Shown here: positions 20,601 to 29,581 of the stretch, piece by piece
Numbering within the stretch: position 1 is the stretch's first letter
Layout of the letters: the number at the start of each line of letters is the position of its first letter
Assembly: GCA_013115125.1 (NCBI GenBank)
Contig: JABANN010000057.1
Span: 62,001 to 91,581, forward strand
Source: Perkinsus olseni
Taxonomy: Eukaryota
Length of the DNA: 29,581 nt
Reading direction: 5' to 3'
The notes under the pieces: model-generated
Databases searched by the model: none
What the model was told of the DNA's origin: nothing
The model's input: the letters and a program-made list of their open reading frames with translations, nothing else
Program-made: the position numbers and the translations under genes

Positions 20601-23222
20601 GGCGAGGAGACCCCGTCGGCTCAGTCCAGCGAGGTAGGTGTAGACGACTAAGTGGTCTCTGGGCGTATTTGCTGTTCTTCAGGAGCCTCTTCCCGAGCCC
20701 CTACCCTTCACTGGTCCTCTTTCCCGTAACGACCTCCTCCGCATGTTCCTCGTCGCTCCGGCGACCGAGGCGTTCCGTGGGGACGCTCGTCCGATCGATT
20801 TCGCGGATGAAGCCCCTCCAGCACCATTGGTCAGCCTATCTGTTGCCAGCACCAGTCAAGTGAGGCAGCCCGGTGGTGGCTCTGCTGGTGGTCTCAGAAG
20901 GCAGACCAGTAAGGGCATGATGGGTCAGCGTCAACAAGGCGGTGGCGGTGGTCATCAGCACATCGGCAGTGGCGACTGGCGCAAGGACATGCTAGGTCCC
21001 CAGGCCATGCGGGAGAAGTACAATCGGCAGCAGAGTCGACAGCAGTACAAGCGGTCGAGCGCTCCTGTGGCTCCACTGAAGGTCACTGAGCATGGCTACA
21101 AGGTCGCAGCTATTATGGAGGATATATCTCCTCAAGACAAGCTCCATCGCCGAGTCATGTCCAATCTCAACCGTATCACTGCTGAGAACTTCATGCAAGT
21201 GACGGCTAGCTTGGCTGAGCTTGGAGTAAGTCGGGTTTGCCACCTGCTGCTGATGCTCATTCATCGTTGTGTTCTTTTCAGATTGACGAGGGCTGGAAAC
21301 TTGAGTTGGTGGTTCGTACCATCTTCGACAAGGCCATCCAAGAGAGCTACTACTGCGAGATCTACTCCGATATGTGCATGCAGCTGCGACGAGTGTTGCC
21401 TGAGTTTGAGGGCGATGACAGCAGCAAGCCTATGACCTTCACTAGGGCTCTTATTACTAAGTGCCAAGAGGAGTTCGAGGCCCTACCGGAGGATCTCGCC
21501 CCAACGCCCGAGGAAGAGGCTAAGGCCAATGGTGATGCACAGGAGCTGGAAGTGATCCGGTCTAAGAAGAAGGAGCGTATCTTGGGCAACATGAAGTTCA
21601 TTGGTCAACTTTTCCTACGACAGCTACTCAGTGGCAAGGTCATCAAAGAGGTCGTTGGTCAACTCATCTTTCGTTCGGACGAGCCCGAAGAGCACTACAT
21701 CGAGTGCGTCTGCATTCTACTGCAGAACATCGGTTCTACTCTTGACCAGACCGAGCGTGGTCGCCATCTGTGCACCACTTTCCTCAGCCGTCTTAGAGAC
21801 ATCAAGAAGATGGACTATCCTAGTCGGCTCAAGTTCATGATACAGGACCTTATCGACAACAGAAGTCGCGGCTGGGTAGACCGTCAAGGAAACCCTGTTG
21901 GTGGTCGTAGCAAGAAGGCGGTCAAGTCTGTCACTCTACAGGGTCAGGAGGATTCCAAGCGACAGGCCAAGGTGGATGAGGCTCGACGGAAGATGGACGA
22001 GCTTGCGAGCGAGAAGAGAGAGCAGAAGGAGGCTAAGGAGAGAGAGCTGCAGGAAGCCCGGGCCTTCAAGGTTGACAAGTTCAAGAACTCTCGAGACTAC
22101 TTCCACGAAGATGGCGATCTCAATTCCTTCCTCAAGGACATTACTGCCATGGTCCAGAACGATCCGAGCTGTCCGCCCAAGATGGCTGAGAATCTGGTCA
22201 CCTGGGGCTCTGAGGATCCCCGCAAGGCACCGAAGGACGCCGAGCTCATCGTCGAGCTTGTCCGGCGGGGTATCATCCCCTTTAAGGTCCTCAACTTGGT
22301 CTTGCGAGGTTTCTTGGAAGTGCTCGATGACGTCGCGATGGACTTCCCCAAGGCCCCTGAGTTCTACCATCGTTTGTTCGCCCTCCTCCTCATCGGCGAT
22401 TACTCTGTGGAAGACGGTCCGAGCGAGTTCGACCCTCAGCTGATTCTCTCATGGAAGGTCCTTGGCTCCGACGAAAAGTCCTTCGACTTGGCCGTCAAGG
22501 TGTTGGAGCAAGCCAAGCATCTTGCAGGAGTCTCCGGTGTCCAACAAGGGTTGCACTTCCTCCGTCCCCTCATGAAGCGGATGAAGCATTTAGATCCGTC
22601 CGACGACCAGGACTTGGATCGGATGCTGGACGAGGCCGGCCTTCTCAAGGACGAGACTGACAGCTTGATTACCAAGCTCAGCGCCGATTTAAAGAGTAAA
22701 GATTTCGACGCGGCCACGCGGTTGATCAGCGAGGGAGCCTCGGGCGATTTGCTCGGAGGCAAGAACGCGTTATTCGAGCGGAGAGTGATCTCAGCTTTGA
22801 TATCTAGCTTGCGGTTGGCGTGGTCGAGGGATTCATGGACAGCGCGGCTTAGCCCTGCAGAGAGCCTTTTGCGTACGGTTTGTGGTACTGGTACTGAGAC
22901 GGGCGTTGGTAGCCCTAACAATCGTGAGCTTCACAACCAGAAGCGGCTCATCGAGTCCTTGGCCAATGCCATTTACGATGCTCGGCTGCCGTCTAAGGAC
23001 GTCGCCGGGGTCTATCAGGCATTTATCAACATGGGCCTCATACGGCAAGTGGTTCTTCAGAACTGGTACTCGCAGCCCTCCTCGGAGCCCGATCATGAGG
23101 TTCGGAAGTTCATAGCGGACGGTGTGAAGCGTGTTTTGGCTGCCCGAAGTAGCGATGGTGAGACGCCGCCCGACAGCTCTGCGGAGTCGGTTGCCTCTCC
23201 GTCCCCTTCTACTACTCAGTAG
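17660..23222 (+). CDS. EIF4G: Eukaryotic translation initiation factor 4G, about 1739 aa
   Basis: Exons 17660-17977, 18164-20298, 20351-20633, 20683-21225 and 21282-23222 stay in frame. The N-terminus is P/Q/G-rich. The MIF4G domain reads VMSNLNRITAENF...IFDKAIQESYYCEIYSDMC...FTRALITKCQEEFE...LGNMKFIGQLF...SRLKFMIQDLID. An MA3-like segment (LDDVAMDFPKAPEF) and a W2-like tail follow. Confidence 0.95.
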
Positions 23223-23370
23223 CCTCTTCGGTGACCAGGTAGAGGTAGCTCATATACTACTCTAGCGAGCCGTTAATATAAATAATAATACCAACCGTAC
23301 CATTGCTCTCGGAGGCCCAATCTGGTGGTCCCCCTTAAGGTTGCTTGCGCGTTTTTGTCTCATGTTCCCT

Positions 23371-23400
23371 TTACTACTACTTCTACTACTACAACTACTG
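23371..23400 (+). repeat. Imperfect (CTA)n microsatellite
   Basis: ttactactacttctactactacaactactg. Confidence 0.6.
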
Positions 23401-24036
23401 CGAGTAGGCTTACTGCACTCGAGCCGTGTGTGGCGAGTGGCTATTCCTATGGATAGTCATACACTATGGTCTGCTACATCACGGATTCGGTCCTTTGGCG
23501 TCTTGGTCGGTACTGTCGACAACACTACCACCGCCCTTTGCCGGGGCCTACGATGCTATCTCTGCTGGTGAAGCAGGAGCCTCCTCTCGCGCGCCAATAA
23601 AAGAGAGGTGTGTTCCGCCTTTCTCACGGCTGGAGAAATTTTCCGTAGAACAGTACCCGACTGATGATGCCTCGGTTTGATGGTTGTTGCCACACCGCCC
23701 GTGCGACTATCATCTGCCGACTGCTATACCATTCACTGCTCTTATCTCTATCTTGGTAGCGGTGGTCACGGAGAGGGTTGTCCATTGATGTTAGTCTCAG
23801 TGTGGCGGCGGCACGCCTGCTGAGCGAGCTTGCCAACAACGCCCTCCTTCTTGGTTGCTGTCGATGAGAACTCAGACGAGGAGAGATGCAGAGCCCAACC
23901 ATTTTTGTCGCTGGTCATTTCCAGCGACTTTTGCGATACTGCTGAGGTTGACGAGGAGAGAGGGTCGGGTGGTGGTGGTGATGACTGCTCCACTGCCCCT
24001 TGGCCCCTCACCTCGGCCTCCAGCTCACGTGGTCGA

Positions 24037-24069
24037 TTATTGCTACTACTATTATTACTGCTGCTACTG
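24037..24069 (+). repeat. Imperfect (CTA/TTA/CTG)n trinucleotide tract
   Basis: ttattgctactactattattactgctgctactg. Confidence 0.5.
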
Positions 24070-24806
24070 CGAATGATGATGCCTTGGCGCAGTTAATGAA
24101 ACACCTTAGGTCGAAGGCGGTTGTTCTTGCGAACAACTTGCAGAATCCCCATAGAAGAAGATGATTACTGATTGCTATTAAAGCGACGCTGTTGCGAGGG
24201 TGGCTCCTCTACTCTACATGCCTTATGGCTTCTCCCAAAAGGGTGCTCTTGAAACCAATAATCTTTTGTATATAAAAGCGTGTAGGAAAAAGGGGACTCA
24301 GCAAGCGGCGATAACATCATTTATAGCTGTGCTGCTAGACAAAAGAAAAACAGTTGTCCAATGGTAATTGGTAGTGTGTCTTTCGGCGACCCATATGGCG
24401 TCGCTCATTCGAATGATGGAGGTTGATGGTACCGGCATCTACTACCGTACCTCGGGTTATATTCACAATATTGGTACATGGTAGTGGTGATGAAAGTAGT
24501 AGCGCAGAGGCTGCTGCTGCTCTGTTGTTTATTATTTTTTGCGTGGAAGAGTTGTCAGAGGTAGTCATTACTACACGAGGTTGGCCATTGCTTGGCAGGT
24601 CGTCTTGTCACTGACCGCCGCCCTGCTCTCCAGCTGCTGCTGCCCACACTACTACACTAAGCGATGCTTCCCTCTTAGACCCGTAGGTCTATTGTAGATC
24701 GATAATGATACTATACCACTGTTAACCTAATTCACGCCTTGCGTTGATCAGGAGAAGCTCCAATGGGGAACGGGCTCCGTATTTCAGCCTTTTACCTCTT
24801 CTCTCG

Positions 24807-25546
24807 ATGATTCCGATACCATCAGCAGGGGGCCCTCGTGTTCCAAACGAAGCCATACGGCAGAAGTATCGACCCGCCCTGCTTGTTCTCCTCTTCCTAC
24901 ACCTCGCTGTGGCAGGTTTCCGAATGTAGCGCTCCTCCAGCGTGGTGCCGCTTCGTACTTCTTCTCTCAGTTACCAACTACAGATAGTGAACGGTGTGAT
25001 GAGCCTCCTGTGGATCGGCGGTGCCTACTACGTCATAGTCAAGTGGGATATGATGCTCCACTACATAACGATGTTCGGCTTCATTTTCGGCTTCAACGGA
25101 GTAGTACCCCCTTCTCTGTCCCTATCACCATGCTATGCTGCCTCAGTTCGTCAGTACACTGTATCTCATCGAAAGGCTGACCAAGGTGAAGGCAGCCCCC
25201 ATGTTCTCATTCCCGATTGCGGACTCACTGCTCGTGGCCCAGCCCTTGTTGGACGCACTAGTGGCCTTCGTGTGCTGGAGGGTGAGCACCTACAGGCCGG
25301 TCCTCGATAAAGTGATTAGTCGACCTCCCACAGGTTTACGAGGCTGATAAAAACTTGGAAGGGTATGTCCCCGTTAACTCTGCGTCGGCAGCTCCTCGCT
25401 ACAGCACCACCTACGGCAGCTACTCGGTAGTGCTCCTTAGCAGTACCCATTACCTGTAGGTGTTGTTGCAGGTATCTGGTGGGCCCTCGTTTACGGCTTT
25501 CTCTGGTCGGGGCTCGCGACTGGGATCCGATAAGGGCGATGTTTAG
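24807..25546 (+). CDS. Small 4-TM membrane protein with C-terminal SHP box (p97/Cdc48-binding), about 183 aa
   Basis: Exons 24807-24925, 24971-25100, 25147-25281, 25334-25426 and 25472-25546 are in frame. Hydrophobic segments: ALLVLLFLHLAVAGF, IVNGVMSLLWIGGAYYVIV, YITMFGFIFGFNGFVSTLYLI, LLVAQPLLDALVAFVCW. The tail is SFTAFSGRGSRLGS. Confidence 0.8.
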
Positions 25547-25666
25547 TGACTCACCATGCCTTCCAGCATGTGATACCATTACCTTGCTCGTCAACCATTA
25601 CTAGTATTGCGTTCCCAGTGGGCAAAGGAGAGTGGGGCTAGGTGGGCTTCATCAACGTGCTTGACT

Positions 25667-28600
25667 ATGGTACCATCACCACCACTACCGCCCACAGTGC
25701 CTACTGAACGGCCTTCATTGGATGGTAGTAGACGGGAGAGACTGGCCCAGCCCGTCCACTTCCCTTGCTACTCAGGCACGGTGCTCACTGAACTCCCGAA
25801 GTCCCTGGACTCAGCAGTCATGCGACAGCCAATGCCGGTTATTGAGCCTGGCAATGAGGGGGTAGTAGTAGCGTCAGTAGCATCTCCCGCCGCCAGCGGC
25901 AGTCCCTTAGATCCTGGTCGGCTCACCAACGACCTTCGACGAACGTATTAAGGACCAGAGCAGCTCAACTGGTCACCCAAATCTCCTTGCGCAATACTCG
26001 GAGCTAGTCCTGTCCTACCGATATTGGCGCACCGTCCGAGGCGATGGCAACTGCTACTATCGGGCCCTGGCCTATGGGTTTGTGGAGCACTCGGCCCTCT
26101 TCTGTCCGGCCGCGCTTACAACCCTCGTGAATAAGCTCGCAGCCATGTCTGACAAAGGACGGAAACACCCGATGTTCGCTGGTAGTATAGGAGGTCTTCG
26201 CGGCTCGCTGCTGCGTAGTGCCTCGCTGCAGGTTCGTACAGAGCGCTGTCGATCCTCCTTCCTTCATGGCGAGCCAGGCTAGAGGCCGCCGCTGGGGACG
26301 AGGAGGGCGAGAAGAGAGTTCTCGCCGAAGTATTATCACGAAAGGCATCGGGCTGCCTGTCACCGCTCATGCAGATTCATCGCGCTCTCAATACCCCGGC
26401 CATAGACCAGGCCTTCATAGCAGCCATCCGCCTGCTGGTAGGGGACTACCTCTACAGACACAAGTCGGAGCCCTGCACCGCGGGAGCCGATGCTGATTGC
26501 TCGTTCACTTGGGACCAGTGGGCCTATGGGATGATGGATGCTGGTATGCGGGAGCGGTGATGGGCATCCTCCCGTACGTACTCGGTGATGATGAATGACG
26601 ACGGTTGGCTACTCAGGGATCGATGGTCCTGGAGGGTTCGTCGACTCAGCTGTTCTGAAGATGGAAGAGGACGCCTCCGACCTCGTACAGGCCGCGGCCC
26701 CTCGAGCACTGGGATGCTGCGTCCGGATCATCATGGTCCACAGGTGAGAATATCATTCACAATGCAGCCGTCATCCTCCTCCTATGTCTCCCTCTTCTTC
26801 AGAGACCGTACTGCTTTGCACAACATCGACTACGGCGACAACTCATCGGTGAGTCGGTTGTCCTTTCGTGAAGTGCTCTACAGTTTCTCAGGAGCCCCAA
26901 GTACACCTTCTATTCCAGCCGGGCCACTATGAACTGCTCATACCAAAGCAACCTGAAAGATACGCTATCCTGCCCATAATAGACGACGCGGCTCTCGTCC
27001 CCGCTGGAGTCCCCGTGCAAGGCCCCCCACAGGCCAGCTCGAGCAACGAGTTCGAAGGCTTCATGCAGCAAGTAGGGCCTCAGCCTCCTCCCTGGCGTGG
27101 CATGCTTGCCTTCCGTAGGTGCTCACTAAGTACCACTCCCTCTGGGGGCAGTGTCGGTACTTGAGCAGTACTCTGGACCAACTCCTGTCTCGCCTAGACC
27201 TTCACGCTCGGCCAAACTCCCACGCTGAACCGGTGGACGCGCGCAGTGAGCTCACCGAGATGCGTAACGTTTTGAATGTAAGTCGGGTCTGATCGACGCT
27301 GATGAGACCCTCCGCGTTGTAGAACCTAGTAGAAGCCCAACGGCAGCTAAGCGCCATGCCGGAGGACCCGATGGACGAGGAGACGCCAGTGCCTCCCCCA
27401 CCACCGTCGGCCAATGAGGAGAGCTCGGACGACAATTCCCTCATGCCAAGGTGCTTTGGGCGTCGCTGTTGGAATTTGGTGGAGTGGGAACCCCAGGTAC
27501 CTGGCGGCTCTACGGGAGCTCTCCAAGCCAGCTGCAGCCCCCAAAGGGGACGGGGTTAATTTGAAGATCGAGGACGGCAGTGAAGAGGCCCTCATGGACT
27601 GGCCGGAGCTGCAAAATTCGATCACCCCTGCCACAGCGTCAGCTGGTGCCTTCATCTGTGGACTGTGTGGGAAGGATGGCCAGCTCGGAGGCGACGAGGG
27701 AGATGGTGTCCGAGCCCCTTGCGGAGACAAGATCCATGAGGAGTGCCTTAGAAAGTTCATAGACGACACTATTGAGAAGCACGGCACTCCACTGCAGGAC
27801 ATTCGCTGCTGGCAGCACGAACGGAGGTCACTTTTATTGAAGCCTCCTCTCCTTAACGCGCACGCCTTCCCCCACAGGTTCGGTCGCGCCTTCCTCCAAG
27901 CAAACATGCGGGCTCCGGAGTCGACTGATGACGCAGAGATGAAGTCAGATGGCACGGACGTCGCCACTGCTGATGAGCCCGAGGGAGAGGAGCCGACGGA
28001 GAAGTGCGTCATCTGCAACAAACCGGGGGACCTCGGGGTCCGTTTTCCGTGTGGCTGTCCCTCCCACAAGAAATGTCTCGAGAGCAGCGTTGAAAACGGT
28101 GTGCGGAACGGCCAGGCCCCCGCTGAGATTGAATGCCCTGAGCACAGAGGGCGAAGGTACGGCTTGGCTACATCGGACGAGCGGTAGGGCCTCTCAGGTT
28201 GGGCGTGAGCTTCCTCGAGTCAACAGTGCCCGCCGCTTTGGAGCCGGTACGCTCTGTTTGGAGTGGTTTTTCATCGCGGGTTGCCGCGGTGGCCGCAGCA
28301 GCCAACAGCAACAGCAATGCAGGTCTGTCTCCGATCCTCAGCACCTCTTCAGACGATGCCGCTGTGTAGGTACGGTGATGCCGGGGCCCAAAGCTGTGCG
28401 GAGTGGTGATCGGGTCGATGCCGCTGCTAAAAGCGAAGCCCACAAGGTGAGAACTTCGCCCATCGCACATTCGCCCTGCATCCGATCTTGTCTATCTTTC
28501 CAGGCCGAACCAGCCAGAACAGTGACGCCGTCAGCTCCGGTGAATGCGCCATGGTCAGCAAGGGCAGCAACTTGTGATGCTTGTCGAGACCCTCTTCTCG

Positions 28601-29277
28601 CAGCGGACAGCCTCCGTCTGCCATGCCGGCATCGTTTTCATCGTCATTGTTTGGGGCAAGCACTGACGAGACAAATATCCCATGGCCGAGGCGATGGCTT
28701 GCAATGCCCCATCTGCAGGGAGAGTGTTGCTATCGAGCCCAATGATGCCCTCCTCAAGAGCTGTCTCGATCCTGGTGTCTATTACAAGCTGCATTCCTCT
28801 CGAGCACCGCAGCGTGCTGTTGCCGAACCCGCCTCTTCGAGACCCTCGCGAAGTCCCGATACGGCCAGAGGCTCCGCAGAAGATAAGCATACTTTGAGAC
28901 AGAAGTTCCAGCACGGCTGGCGCCCCTGCCCCAAAGGCTGCCGCTTCCTCGGCAACTTCCCGAGCTCGAGCGATGCCGAATTCATCACGTGTTCGTGTGG
29001 TTATCGGTACTGCAAGGGTTGCGGTGTAGACGAAAACATCATAGCAGCTCATGACGGTCGATGGCACAAGCCATCCTGCTCGTATTTCAAGCACTACTCC
29101 TCCTTCAAAGCCGCTCCCCGCGCATCATCGAAGTGCCCTCAGTGTACGGAGCTTCACCACCGGTGTCCTTTCCCTATGAACGATGGTTACCCTGATAGGC
29201 TGATGCGGTCTCTACTGAATGACGCTGCACGCACCGGGACAGAGGCTCGCAGGCCAGCTCCCTCGGCTAGGAATTGA
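25667..29277 (+). CDS. Otubain (peptidase C65) deubiquitinase fused to three RING-type fingers and an IBR-like Zn domain, about 957 aa
   Basis: Fifteen exons join in frame through 14 GT-AG introns (25725-25775, 25862-25910, 26182-26231, 26330-26374, 26544-26616, 26744-26802, 26849-26891, 27072-27151, 27278-27322, 27451-27496, 27827-27877, 28157-28197, 28323-28369, 28447-28503). OTU Cys box WRTVRGDGNCYYRA; His box HLLFQPGHYELL. RINGs at 27657-27818, 28005-28145 and 28573-28716; IBR-like domain at 28927-29079. Confidence 0.85.
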
Positions 29278-29581
29278 TATTTGCGTGTTGTTAATGTTTC
29301 CTCCGTACTGTTGTGTGATACTTGACTTTCGTTTCTCGTGTTCAAACTGTGTGTTTCGAGTTCCCAGTGAGTTCAGATTGTAAACATAGGTATGAACACA
29401 AGATGGAGTTTCTGCAAGTTTGAACTTGTGGATGGGCTAATGCCATCGACGGTTGCGTCGTGTTTTTCACGACCGCTGTCGAAAAAACGTTTTAAAAGTT
29501 ATGAAATATTGTAGATGGATGACGATTGCTCGCATCGTATCTTCCGGCATATCTTGTCACACCTCGCTCCGCCCAGCGGTT

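Noticed and set aside
24073-24171. ATGATGA...CTGA C/D-box snoRNA-like arrangement
   Set aside because: It lies in GAT-rich low-complexity sequence, the terminal stem is weak, and I recognised no rRNA-complementary guide.
24807-25546. Derlin/Der1 identity for the SHP-box membrane protein
   Set aside because: It has only about four TM segments and no rhomboid-like WR loop motif in the expected N-terminal position.
27949-28503. N-terminal part of the 442-aa ORF as a separate gene
   Set aside because: It overlaps the RING2 exon in another frame and spans introns. Splicing joins the 3' part of this ORF to the upstream OTU gene.

Overview
This is gene-dense eukaryotic DNA with many short (mostly about 40-60 nt) GT-AG introns. 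Gene content and layout suggest an alveolate, probably Perkinsus-like (inference). There are two divergent unidirectional gene blocks. The minus-strand block (1-16926) holds a partial ORF, an HPR/OPR-repeat protein with a truncated RAP-like end, a MAPR-type cytochrome b5-like protein, tRNA-Leu(CAG), PIBF1/CEP90, a large acidic hypothetical protein with repeated S-F/L-x-E/Q motifs, PRP31 and the Rab geranylgeranyltransferase beta subunit. The plus-strand block (17660-29277) holds eIF4G, a small 4-TM protein with a C-terminal p97-binding SHP box, and a 15-exon gene that fuses an otubain (C65) deubiquitinase domain to three RING-type fingers and an IBR-like zinc domain. That DUB-E3 fusion, next to the SHP-box membrane protein, is the most striking item. 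All exon models were spliced by eye and need RNA confirmation. I saw no mobile elements, CRISPR arrays or rRNA.
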